NCBI RefSeq assembly: GCF_030684315.1
Contig: NC_081369.1
Span: 17,756,658-17,817,753 of the forward strand
Direction: 5' to 3'
Origin: Stegostoma tigrinum
Lineage: Eukaryota
Length of the DNA: 61,096 nucleotides
Both the position numbers and the translations under genes were made by a program. Shown piece after piece: positions 12,449 through 23,447 of this stretch. Below the pieces are notes generated by a model, which saw only the letters and a list, made by a program, of their open reading frames with translations, was not told where the DNA came from and searched no databases. Position 1 is the first letter of the stretch. The number at the start of each line of letters is the position of its first letter.

Positions 12449-13273
12449 CCTGCAACCTCAGGAAGTGCTACACTTGCCCCCACACCTCCTCCCTCACCCC
12501 CATCACAGGCACCAAGAAGAATTACCACATCAAGCAGATGTTCACCTGCACATTTGCTAATGTGGTATACTGCATCCGCTGTACCCGGTGTGGCCTCATC
12601 TACGTTGGGGAAACCAAGCAGAGGCTTGGGGACCGCTTTGCAGAACACCTCCGCTCAGTTCGCAATAAACAACTGCACCTCCCAGTCGCAAACCATTTCA
12701 ACTCCCCCTCCCATTCTCTAGATGACATGTCCATCATGGGCCTCCTGCAGTGCCACAATGATGCTACCCGAAGGTTGCAGGAACAGCAACTCATATTCCG
12801 CTTGGGAAACCCTGCAGCCCAATGGTATCAATGTGGACTTCACCAGCTTCAAAATCTCCCCTTCCTCCACCGCATCCCAAAACCAGCCCAGCTCGTCCCC
12901 ACCTCCCTAACCTGTCCTTTCTCCCACACATCCCCTCCTCCCACCTCAAGCCTCACCCCCATCTCCTACCTATTAATCTCATCCCGCCCTCTTGACCTGT
13001 CCATCTTCCCTGGACTGACCTATCTCATCTCTACCACCCCACCTACACTCACCTCTACTGGCTCCATCCCTGCCTCTTTGGCCTGTCTGTCTCCTCTCCA
13101 TCTATCTTCTCCTCTATCCATGTTCCATCCGCCTCCCCCCCTCTCCCTATTTATTTCAGAATCCCCTTCCCCTCCCCCATTTCTGAAGAAGGGTCCAGGC
13201 CCAAAATGTCAGCCTTCCCGCTCCTCTGATGCTGCCTGGCCCACTGTGTTCATCCAGCTGTACACCTTGTTAT
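12449..13273 (+). mobile_element. 5'-truncated Penelope-like (Neptune-like) element; GIY-YIG endonuclease with a frameshift
   Basis: CNLRKCYTC linker; [30 protein letters not shown]...VANHF = GIY-YIG with the PLE-specific CCHH residues. Confidence 0.92.
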
Positions 13274-15488
13274 TCAGAATAGAATATCCTTTACTGACAT
13301 GTAAACTCCAGTACAAAAGTACAGGAGTACGGTGAAAAGTTTTTCCAATGGCTGCCTTCTAATGGTGCCATCATATGTACAAATCTTGGGTATAAAAGAA
13401 GAATAAAAGGACAGGTCGTAGCATTATTTACAGTGTCTAAAAAAAGTTAGAAAGAAGATAGTTATAACATAGTTAAAGGATTGATATTACAGTCTAGTAA
13501 AGGATTGACATTACACTCTAGTACGGAATTTCAAATAGACATTACATTGCAGCAGCTCAGCATATCGTCTGACCACCTGCACCAGGCCCCAATCCAACAA
13601 CAGTCCCACTCCGCTCCAAGCCTCCAGTCTACTTTGCACTCATACTCAGCTGCACCAAGATAAAGTTGCACTGCTGTGGGACTCACTTCACCTTGCACTG
13701 CACCAGGACTCCCTTTGAGCTGCTCTGGGACTCGCTTCCCCTGGTGCTGCTCCGGGACTCGCTTCCCTTCAAGTTGCTCTGGGACTCGCTTCCCCTGGCA
13801 ATGCTCCAGGACTCGCTTCCCCTGGCGCTACTCCGGGACTCACTTCACTTTGAGCTGCTCCGGGTCTCACTTCCCTTCAAGCTGCTCCAGGATTCGCTTC
13901 CCCGGCGCTGCTCTGGAACTCACTTGCCCTCGTGCTACTCCGGGACTCACTTCCCCTCATGCTGCTCTGGGAATCGCTTCCCCTGGCGCTGCTCCAGGAC
14001 TGACTGCCCCTCACGCTGCTCAGGGACGCACTTCCCCTCACGCTGTTCTGGGACTCGCTTCCCCTAGCGCTGCTCCAGGACTGACTTCCCCTCATGCTGC
14101 TCAGGGACTCACTTCCCCTCGTGCTGCTCTGGGGCTCTCTTCCCTCTAAGCTGCACCAGGACTCACTTCCCTTCGAGCTTCTCTGGGTCTCGCTTCCCCT
14201 GGCGCCGCTGCAGGACTCGCTTCCCCTGGCCCTGCTCCGGGACTCCCTTCCCCTGACGCTGCTCTGGGACTCACTTCCCCTGGCACTGCTCCAGGATTCC
14301 CTTCCCCTGACGCTGCTCTGGGACTCGCTTCCCGTCAAGCTGCTCCGGGGCTCGCTTCCCTTTGAGCTGCTCCGGGACTCACTTCCCCTCACGCTGCTCC
14401 GGGACTCACTTCCCCTCATGCTGCTCTGGGACTCGCTTCCCCTCGCACTGCTCCGGGACTCACTTCCCCTCATGCTGCTCTGGGACTCGCTTTCCCTGGC
14501 ACTGCTCCAGGACTGACTTCCCCTCACGCTGCTCAGGGACTCACTTCCCCTCATGCTGCTCTAGAGCTCACTTCCCTCTGTGCTGCACCAGGACTCACTT
14601 CCCTTTGAGCTTCTCTGGGTCTCACTTCCCCTGGCGCTGCTCCGGGACTCGCTCCCCTCGCGCTGCTCCGGGACTCCCTTCCACTCGTGCTGCTCCGGGA
14701 CTCACCTACCCTCGCGCTGCTCCGGGACTCACCTCCCCTCGCGCTGCTCCGGGACTCCCTTCCCCTCGCGCTGCTCCGAGACTCCCTATCCTCGCACTGC
14801 TCCGGGACTCACTTCCCTTCGAGCTGCTCCTGGACTCACTTCCCTTCGAGCTGCTCTTAGACTCACTTTCCCTCGCGCTGTTCCAGGACTCATTTCCCCT
14901 GGCGCTGCTCCTGGACTCGCATCCCCCCGAGGTTCTCCAGGACTCACTTCCCCTCGAGCTTCTCCGGGACTCACTTCCCCACGCGCTGTTGGGGGACTCA
15001 CTTCCCCTCAAGCTGCTTCAGGACTCACTTCCCCTTGCGCTGTTCCAGGACTCACTTCCCCTTGCACTGTTCCAGACTCACATGCCCTCGTGCTGCTCCG
15101 GGACTCACTTCCCCTCGTGCTGTTCCAGGACTCGCCTCCCCTTCGAGCTGCTCCAGGACTCACTTCCCCTCGAGCTTCTCCGGGACTCACTTCCCGTCGC
15201 ACTGTTCTGGGTCTGGCTTCCCCTTGAACTGCTCCAGGACTCACATCCCCTCCAAGCTGCTCTGGGACTCACTTCCCGATGTGCTGCTCCGAGACTCTCT
15301 TCCTCTCGCACTGTTCCGGGACTGGCTTCCCTTCGAGCTGCTCCAGGACTTTTTCCCTTCATGCTGTTCCAGGATTCACTTCCCCTTGAGCTGCTCTGGG
15401 GTAGCTGAAAAAAGGAAGAAATAAAGAAAGCAAAATATCGTTGAGCAGAGGACCTTTGAGTGGAGCATCCTACTCTGCCACCATCTTG
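13274..15488 (-). mobile_element. Candidate non-autonomous composite retroposon (CAAGATGG head + VNTR + LINE-like tail)
   Basis: Minus strand begins CAAGATGGTGGC (15488-15477) and ends ...CTTTTCACCGTACT...CATGTCAGTAAAGGATATTCTATTCTGA. It encloses the 27-bp array. Confidence 0.5.
13665..15400. repeat. 27-bp GC-rich minisatellite, roughly 60-65 degenerate copies
   Basis: Unit approx. GCTGCTCCGGGACTCACTTCCCCTCGC. It produces 9-aa periodic ORFs (LLRDSLPLA / CSGTHFPSR / RGSESRSSA) in several frames. Confidence 0.95.
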
Positions 15489-16842
15489 CCATATTATGGC
15501 TCATTTTATGGAAGGAAGTGGATGTCTCAATGTGCATCGAGTGAGTAGAGAAAACAAGGGCATGCAGGGTTAGTAGTGTTGGGGATTGGGGTGGGTGAGA
15601 GTGGTAGAACATGAGCCTTGCTGGGAGGTGAGTGCAGTAAAAGAGAAGGAATGTGACGTATTGGAGAGAGGATGCTGGATCTTACACTGGCGAAATGGAG
15701 AGGGTCATTCCTCCAGACGCCTGAGGTTGCTTTAATGTTGGTGGCAAACTCGCACCAGTCTGGCATGGTCTGGTGATTTGGCTTCCACTCTTCGTCCTCA
15801 GGAAAGAGGATTTCCTAATTTGGTGCCCAGTCCTCCAGACCCTACCCACAAAGTTGGGCACCAATTTCTCATTGTCTATCACGTCTGAGCCAAATGTCAG
15901 GAGCCATGCAGGGCAGCCCTGGACTGACAGAACTTGTCCAAGTGCACAATGGGCTTTTAAAGATGGTGCCAGTATAAGGCCTGCCAGTGAATTCTGGGAT
16001 ATCTGCTAAAGCCACTGTTTGTTCCAGGAAATGTGCATGTAAAATTGGGTGGATGTTGAACGTGGTAGGTAATTAATGTGGTGATTTGGGTAAGAAGCCA
16101 TGAAAGCACTTGCTAATGGCAATACCAGCCACGTAAATGTTTTCATATTCTGTTTAATATTATGCCTATGTTGAATTTTAAATAGACTTTATGACAGGAG
16201 TAGCCAAACATTGTATGTTCAAACTTACCAAAATAGTCAGGAAAATAAATGGTACGAGTGTTTCAGTTATTCCTAACATAAAGCACACTGCACAAATGCT
16301 TTGTGAAAGAGAAATTAAAAGATATTTGTTATCATAGGAATCAGGCCCTCAGTGTTTTGCCAATGGCTTTCAAAATGACTGCCTCATAGCAACAAAGTAT
16401 CTTTGGTAATAAACAACCGCTTAAATATCCATGTCGATTGGAGAAAATAACTACTTCGGTCACATGCTGCAGAAGACAAATTCCTTTCTCTGTTCTAAAT
16501 GGATTTTTGATCATTTTCAATTTAGATGGTTTGGTCAAGCTGATTTGTTCAGAAAACCATGACCTTTTCAACCTTTCGTTCTACCGACTTTCCAAAAATC
16601 TATTAATGTCTGACTTCAATAAAGTGCACTTATATTGCCATTAGTCATGCCAGGTAAAGCAGTACAGGTAATTGTTATTTTTTGCAATGGCAACTGTGTA
16701 ACAAGAGTGAAGGAGTATTACCTCATATCCATTAAGAGTAATATGGAGCAAAAGGAGAATTTTTAAACAGCAATCTGGTAGCGGGCATGTACCACTCTCA
16801 TTATCCAACTGGAGGGATTTAATATAAATGTCTGCACAAAAC

Positions 16843-17650
16843 AACAACAAATTGTATTTATACAGCACCTTTAATATAATGAAATATCTTGAGATGTTTC
16901 ACAAAGTGTTACAAAACAAAACTGAACACCAAGCCACACAGAGCAATATTAGGGAGTTGGCAAAAAGATTCTTCAAAGAGGTAGATTTTATGCAAAAAAA
17001 ACCCCAAAGCTTTGGTCCTAGGCAACTTAAGGCACGGCTACCACTGGTGAAGCCTTTAAATTCAGGGGTATGCGAGGGGTCAGAATCAAAAGAGGAGATA
17101 TCTTGCATTCTGGCACCAGAGGATATCGCAAATAGAGAAGACCAAGGACATGGAAGGACTTGAAATCAAGCAAGACAATTTTAAACTTGAAGTGTTGCTC
17201 AACTGTGAGCCAGTGTAGATCAGGAAGTACAGAGGTGGTGAGTAAACAGACTGGGCAGAATTAAGAACAGGTCAACAGAGTTTTGGGTCATGTTTACAGA
17301 GGGTAGAATGTGGGACGCCAGCCAAGAGTGTATCAGAGATAAGGGGAACTGCAGATGCTGGAGAATCCGAGATAACAAAGTGTGGGGCTGGATGAACACA
17401 GCAGGCCAAGCAGCATCTTAGGAGCTGTGTTCATCCAGCTCCACACTTATCAGCTGAGAGTGTGTTGGTATAGTTAAGAATAACAAAGGCGTGCCTGATG
17501 GTTTCAGCAGGAGATGAGTTGAGATGAGGGTAAAGTATAATTATTTTGCAGGGATGACAACAGAAAGTGTTAGTAATTATGTATTATGTGGTTGAGAATT
17601 CATTTCACCAAGGCTGCAAACAATTTAGTTCAACCTCAGATAGTTGTCAG
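16843..17650 (-). mobile_element. L2-type LINE 3' remnant
   Basis: Begins aacaacaacaaattgtatttatacagcaccttt, the reverse complement of an L2-like 3' end (aaagg.gct.tataaat + (ttg)n). Confidence 0.5.
17332..17450. mobile_element. Short Penelope terminal foldback with a 13-bp TSD
   Basis: Arms ...gctggatgaacacagc / gctgtgttcatccagc. Flanks CAGCCAAGAGTGT (17319-17331) and CAGCTGAGAGTGT (17451-17463). Confidence 0.8.
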
Positions 17651-18759
17651 GGAGAAGAATGGGGTCGGTTTCTAGGGAAAGAGGATTGTAATGGGATGCC
17701 AAAGCCTTTGAGTTAGACAAGCTAATTGGTAATAGTAGTTAGGGGATTCTCTATCTATTATACGCTCAGGTGCCTCAATCTTCCCTTGCTTTATGTTCAC
17801 TGACAATTTCCAGGAACCCTGTCTAACCTGTCTTTTTGGAGTCGAGTTCCAAAAATGCAATTAAAACAGCTGCTAATTACCTTCTAACATTTTTATTTGG
17901 CAACCTATCTCACCCATAGAAATTACTTGCATGCAGCGAAATGTACTAAAGTATTGGAGTTGACATTGAAGCATTGCTGCCATTTCCTGATGCGTCTCAA
18001 TTTCAGGTTTTTTAACTAATTGCTTGCTCCCAAATCCATATCCTTAGGTCAAAGAGGCATTTTTATGAACAGACACACATTAATTAAAGTTCACACAGTC
18101 AATTCCAAATCCAGAGTTCATTATTTTGTGCCAAAATTATAATTTCTTCAAAACAACATGTATTTCTCAGTGAACAGTCCCTACACCATTGTGATAGACT
18201 CAAGAATTAACTGACCACAAAGACATCAAAAAATTAGACACAATTAATGTGGAACAAAGCTGACCTAGTTGATTTGGAAAAATAAGACAAATGGATATCA
18301 GAAGTTATTCCTGAAAGGTTTTGAAATATCTTAGGATGAAGTTGAAAAAGATCCAAAGGTACCATATCTGACCAGATATATTTTTACCCTTCTGTTGGGA
18401 AAGTGGTGATAGGATATTTAGGCTGATTATCAGCCTTTGAAACAGTCCATAAACTCTGGACAACAAGTCCTTGTGGAGTTAGACCTGGGGTTTCTGGCCC
18501 AGAGGTAGAGATGCTGGCAGTGAGTGACAAAATTTCCTCCAGAAGTGCTGATAGACTTTATGGTTGTTTAGCAAAGATTAACAAGGCAAACAGAATTGTC
18601 AAACTATATAGTTCAACAATAAATGACCTTTTCTTCCTACCAAAATGCACAATCTCATTTTTTTCTGGATTAAAATGGAAGATGATATAATCTGTTTTAC
18701 TTGGTAACGGGATAAATGTTACACTGAATGGCAGGGGATGCTTTTCAAACATTGTTGTG

Positions 18760-18945
18760 CTTGTTCAATAATGCCATTGGACCTCTTTCAGCTCCTTATT
18801 TTAATGTTTTATGGGAAAGATGACGCCTCCAATTGTATATCATTCTCTCAGTAGTGGACCGAATGTCAACCTGGAAGTTGTACACCAGTTTCTGAAGTGG
18901 TGCTTGAACATGCAATCTTTTGCCTCCAAGACCAGCACTGAGTCA
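18760..18945 (-). mobile_element. Decayed Deu-domain SINE (SacSINE1/AmnSINE1-like) abutting the AGRP promoter
   Basis: aatgccattggacctcttt...gaaagatgacgcctcc...ctcagta resembles the reverse complement of the copies at 20572-20770 and 24370-24620. Confidence 0.45.
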
Positions 18946-19000
18946 ATGTTGCCATGAATAGTCTGTTACTGAATTTTAAAGAAACCTTAAGTGAGGTGGA

Positions 19001-19072
19001 TATAAATCCCACTCCCCCTTCATTAGTGCTAGCGTCATGTGTGACGCTAAAGTACATCCAGGAGATATAAAA
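19001..19072 (+). promoter_or_regulatory. AGRP core promoter
   Basis: TATAAAA 19066-19072 (a second TATAAA at 19001-19006). Inverted half-CRE pair TAGCGTCA-tgtg-TGACGCTA at 19030-19049. Confidence 0.6.
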
Positions 19073-19094
19073 ACCAGAGCTGTCTGCGCAGTTT

Positions 19095-19193
19095 CCCAAA
19101 GCAGAAGCGCTGTGCAGTAACTAGTGGTTGGACAAAAAGTTTGTTTTCATTTCTGACAGTTGTTTTGCTAACTACAAACACTGTTCATATGAG
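19095..19193 (+). other. AGRP: Putative AGRP first (essentially non-coding) exon
   Basis: Starts about 25-30 nt after the TATA box. Donor AG|GTAGT at 19194; matching acceptor ttaccttctag ends at 19331. TSS is inferred. Confidence 0.45.
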
Positions 19194-19335
19194 GTAGTTT
19201 CTCAGATCAAATCTTAGCAAGTGCTTATACACTTAAGACCAAGAAGGAGTGCATTGTTAATAAATGCAAGCAGACTTCTGGCTAGAAATTGAATTCGTCT
19301 TCCAGTTAACTGTTGTATGTTTACCTTCTAGGATC

Positions 19336-19510
19336 ATGCTTAAAGCAGTGTTACTGTGCTACTGGATTCTTCAGATAGTTCAGATCATTCTCGCCTCTGA
19401 TCCCAGCAGAATGGTGGAGCATGAGCTGGATTCCAGCTCAGTGCAGGATGTGGTCTCCCACACCGACCTCGCTGTTTTGAGCAGAATCAAGACCCCGCTG
19501 TCTGCCTCAG
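19336..19510 (+). CDS. AGRP: Agouti-related protein, coding exon 1 (signal peptide + prodomain, 175 nt, phase 1)
   Basis: MLKAVLLCYWILQIVQIILA hydrophobic signal. Acceptor ends at 19331; donor CAG|GTGCGT at 19511. Confidence 0.85.
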
Positions 19511-20322
19511 GTGCGTTTTAATAAAATGTCTTAATGCTGCACTGACCCGGGTAGTCTTTGAAGTAGATTCTTCAAATGAATAAATATTAAATATAAGATA
19601 TTAAATATTAAACCACAATTGATCTGTCAGAGTGAAATTAGTAGTAGTACGAGGAACCAAAACAGTGATTGTATTCCTGGCTTCAATGGGGGAAAGGGAG
19701 GTGAAGCCAATATCAACTTTGAGGGACATGAGCACAGTTTTTAAAAGGAGGAAATGAATATAAAGCCCTTTGTATTTATAGTTTCACAGCCTTATTGAGA
19801 CTTGCAGGTGGGTAGACAGTTGCAATATATAATTTACTTGGTTCTCTAACTTTACAATCTGACTTCAATATTAAATCTGTATTACTTTGTGCTATATTCA
19901 CTTCAAACATATGAAGTGATAACCAGCCCTTAACTTAACAGTCGGTACACCACCTACATTTTTGCTCTCAGTTAGAAATTTGCTTCTTCCCCCCTCGCTG
20001 TTTTTTCCCCTCACTTTTCTGATTTTGTCAAGTTTTTCTGATTCTATTATTTTTCTCTGGCTCTCCCTCTGTGCTGCTTTATGCTTTCCCAATTATCTTT
20101 CTCAATCACCCTTACCCATAGCCTGCTGGGAAAATGGTCTAAAACACTGTGTCTTTGATCTAGCCCTTGTTATTTTAAACTCTACCTTTTCAGCTAAAGA
20201 AAATAAATGATTTGTAAGAGTCTTCATTGTTAGTAAGTTTCTTTCTAATTTATCAAACCAAAGTTGAATGTTTCATTATCTGGCCTTGTATTAACAGTTT
20301 TACAAATGATTCTATCATCCAG

Positions 20323-20408
20323 GCTCACTGGTCAGGCCTGGACTTGACAAAGCAGTGGACATGGTTAAGCAGAATTATATGCCAAAGAAAATCGTGTTGG
20401 ATTCTGAG
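20323..20408 (+). CDS. AGRP: AGRP coding exon 2 (86 nt, phase 1 to 0)
   Basis: catccag|...|gtaatt. Open frame (G)SLVRPGLDKAVDMVKQNYMPKKIVLDSE joins both neighbouring exons in frame. Not in the ORF track. Confidence 0.85.
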
Positions 20409-20571
20409 GTAATTGTAATTTTCATACACCAAACAGAATATAAGTGCTATTACGTATTGTATAGTATAGTGGTTCAAAAATTATTACAGATCAATTTAGA
20501 TTTTTCATAATAACAAGAGTGTAAAAGCAAGCTGTCAAGAAATTCTTCTGTTATGTTGACGTTCATCCAAG

Positions 20572-20770
20572 GCTCAGCTGATAGTGCTGTAACCAGTGAA
20601 TCATGATTTCAGTTCAATCCCATTTCAGGATTGAGCTTAGAAATCAAGGCCTAACACTCCAGTGCAGGGATGAGGGAGCGCTGCATTGTTGGAGGTGCTG
20701 TCTTAAACCGAAAATTTTCTGCCTGCCTTGGTAGCTGTAAAAGATCCCATCACAATTCTGAAGAAGAGTC
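20572..20770 (+). mobile_element. Deu-domain SINE 5' fragment in an AGRP intron
   Basis: tRNA-like head, then actccagtgcag...gagggagcgctgcattgttggaggtgctgtc...gtaaaagatcccat...gaagaagag. Confidence 0.65.
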
Positions 20771-20940
20771 ATACTGGACTTGGAAATGTTAAATCTGCTC
20801 CTCCATCCGCAGATGCTACCAAACCTGTAGAGTTCTATGTGTTGTATATTGTATGTGTTGTTCATCGATTGTTTCAGTGCTGTAATGCAAAAAATTGGCA
20901 TGCTGCTGTGCTTTCCTAATCTTTGAGTTTAATCTTGCAG

Positions 20941-21129
20941 GTGATATCCAGTGCATTGGAGAAGTACAGAACAGAACGTTCACCCAGGAGATGTGTCCGG
21001 CACTTGGAGTCCTGTTTTGGCCATACGTTGCCTTGCTGTGATCCATGTGCCGTTTGCTACTGCAGGTTTTTTAATGCCATTTGTTACTGCAGAAAAATTG
21101 GTAACAGTTGTCACCAGGGCAAGATTTAG
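20941..21129 (+). CDS. AGRP: AGRP coding exon 3 (cystine-knot domain); total CDS 450 nt = 149 aa
   Basis: RTER|SPRRCVRHLESCFGHTLPCCDPCAVCYCRFFNAICYCRKIGNSCHQGKI*: 10 Cys, C-x6-C-x6-CC spacing, RFF motif, residues after the last Cys, and adjacency to ATP6V0D1. Confidence 0.96.
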   Translation: MISSALEKYRTERSPRRCVRHLESCFGHTLPCCDPCAVCYCRFFNAICYCRKIGNSCHQGKI

Positions 21130-21233
21130 TTCTGTGCAGTAGCACCGTTTGCTAGAATATGTTTCTGTAAAGTATATATGCACAAATTTATGTTGTATTG
21201 TCTTTGGTGTGTAACTTGTCATTGTACAATTGA

Positions 21234-21239
21234 AATAAA
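21234..21239 (+). terminator. AGRP polyadenylation signal
   Basis: AATAAA 105 nt after the stop codon. Confidence 0.6.
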
Positions 21240-23038
21240 TTTACTACATATATTTCAGAGGGGAACCTGTTTTTTGAGTATCACCTGGAATTTTACTTGG
21301 GACAAATAGATATCACGGATCCGAACAGACAATGTAGCACTTGTAAAGCTTTGGAGAGATTCATAACTTAACCTTTTAAATGTGTTCAAGAAAAGTCACT
21401 CCTCATAGAGTTAATAATAAGTAAATATTAATCTCAGGATTTATTACATTGCAGGATACTGTACAGCGATCTTTAAGGCATAGAATGAAATTTTTTTCTC
21501 TGCTATTTTAGTGGAAGTTTTAAACTACTCTTCATACAAATCAGCAAAGGAAGGAATTTCACACAAAGACATTTGGTTTTGCATGATAGGATCATAAGTT
21601 CAAATCTTTAATTTCTTCTTTTTCCCAATTTATTTAATTTTTTACAGTCCCTTTGATGCTGCTTCCATTTTAGTAATAGTTCTGATTTCTATTTAAGCAG
21701 AAAGCGTAAGCATACTTACAGTACTTCAACGGAACAATTGCAGTTATATTGCACTTGCATCCTTGGTTAGGGTTGGGACACTGTGGCAAGCACCTTCCAT
21801 CCTTTGAGCCTCTACTCTTTTAAAATAAACTTCAAAGAGGTGAGACAGCTCCTAATTGGGTGCCGGAAATACGAATCAGAAAGTCTAAACCTCCTGACTG
21901 AGAGTGGTCCAAGCTTTCTCAGTTAATCCTCAAATCAAAAGTGCATCCAAATTACTCCAATCATGTATCTACTATATGTGTGATTATAGGTTCAGCATGT
22001 ACATGTCCAAACACAGGCAATGCCTTCTTAACACATATCTTTGCTTTTTGACCTTTCTGCAAATCGTCCCTTGTTTCTGTTTAATTTAGACCTCAAAACT
22101 AATAACCATTCTAACTCTGAATTAATATAAATATCATTCTTCTAATTCTAATAGAAGAGAAAGAAAAGCAGAGTCTCTACTATTATGCTGAAACCTACCA
22201 ACTACTGAAACATAACACAAGGATTATATTTAATTATGTTTCAACAAATAACAGGAGTTCCCCAAACCACATGACTTCATTTAGGAAGAATAAGAAGTAA
22301 TGGTATAATTGGCTTTATGTCTCAAACTGATGCTCTATCAGGTAGTCTGTAAAAATGAAATACTTGTGAACATTAGACATCCTCCACTAGTAACTGGTTG
22401 ATTTGAAAGCCTAAAGGTCGTCTTCAGTAATTCCAGACAAAGTTTTTGTTATTTGATTCCCCTCAAGCTTCACCTCAGTAAATGCCATCAGGTTTTCCTA
22501 ATTGAAAGCACTGCCATGAATCCGCAACGTGAATGTTCATTATGTTGATTTGACACAGCTAGAACATAATGGTAAGGGTCACAGTTTCCTAGGTATAAGA
22601 AAAGCTCATTTTCAACAGCGGCCTTTTTACTCATACTTAAAGTGCAAGTAGTGGCCTGTGCAAACAGGTATAACCCAGTGTGCTGCTATCATTGTTTCTC
22701 TTCTCTCCTGCAGGAGCTTCTACATGGAGCTTCTCCTGGGACAGGAACAGATGGAGAGGCAAGCAGCTTGAGAGGGCGTCCCAGTGGCTGAGATGTCTAG
22801 GGTGTAATTCCTCAGGGTTGCTGTGTGTTTGAGCCAGCTGCGTTTGTGCAGGGCAGGTTCAGGCACAGTGTGTAAGGCTCATTGTGTGCCTCAGAGAGGC
22901 GAAGGGGTCAGCTTCAGAAAATTCCTCTGAATATTTAGCAACATTACATCATCCCTTCCCATGGCAACTCTTTCATGGTCCATCTGCTCAGGTTCACATT
23001 GTCAGGATGTGAGAACAGCGACTTGCCAGCATCCACCC

Positions 23039-23447
23039 ATCCATACACCAGCACTGCACCTAGATTGTGATACATAACCTGTCAATGCTGTGTATCCGTT
23101 TGATGAACTGCCATCAGGGTGGTCAGTCTTAAAACACAGCACACCAGGCAGCATCAGAGGAGCAGGAAAGTTGACATTTTGGGTTGGGACTGAAGAAGGG
23201 TCTGGATCCGAAACATCAACTTTCTTGCTCCTCTGATGCTGCCTGGCCTGCTGTGTTCCTCCAGCTCCACACTGTGTTATCTCTTATACTCGTATGAGCT
23301 CCTCATTTTAAGACTGACCACCCTGATGGCAGTTCATCAAATGGATACACAGCATTGACAGGTTATGTATCACAATCTAGGTGCAGTGCTGGTGTATGGA
23401 TCTCTGACTCCAGCATCGGCAGTTCTTACTATCTCATACATGAGTAT
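23039..23447. mobile_element. Penelope terminal foldback containing an inverted copy of its target locus
   Basis: 23039-23134 and 23306-23401 are reverse complements (95/96). PLE arms at 23133-23283; the PLE tail resumes at 23400-23435. Confidence 0.85.

Noticed and set aside
12289-13335. 348-aa ORF with a signal-peptide-like start fused to GIY-YIG
   Set aside because: Chance read-in from flanking DNA into a truncated, frameshifted Penelope copy; the start codon is not ATG.
13665-15400. CRISPR-like regular array
   Set aside because: Contiguous tandem units with no unique spacers, no cas genes, and vertebrate DNA.
13666-15424. Long ORFs (up to 348 aa) in many frames, Leu-periodic and LRR-like in appearance
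   Set aside because: A by-product of a stop-poor 27-bp tandem unit. Frames shift repeatedly and there is no splice or promoter support.
21112-21129. Possible C-terminal amidation signal in AgRP (QGKI)
   Set aside because: Gly-Lys is followed by Ile, so it is neither a dibasic nor a terminal basic site.
22691-22900. Strong acceptor ttctctcctgcag (22713) followed by GC-richer sequence
   Set aside because: The frames I read stop within about 80 nt and show no recognisable protein similarity; no partner exons found.
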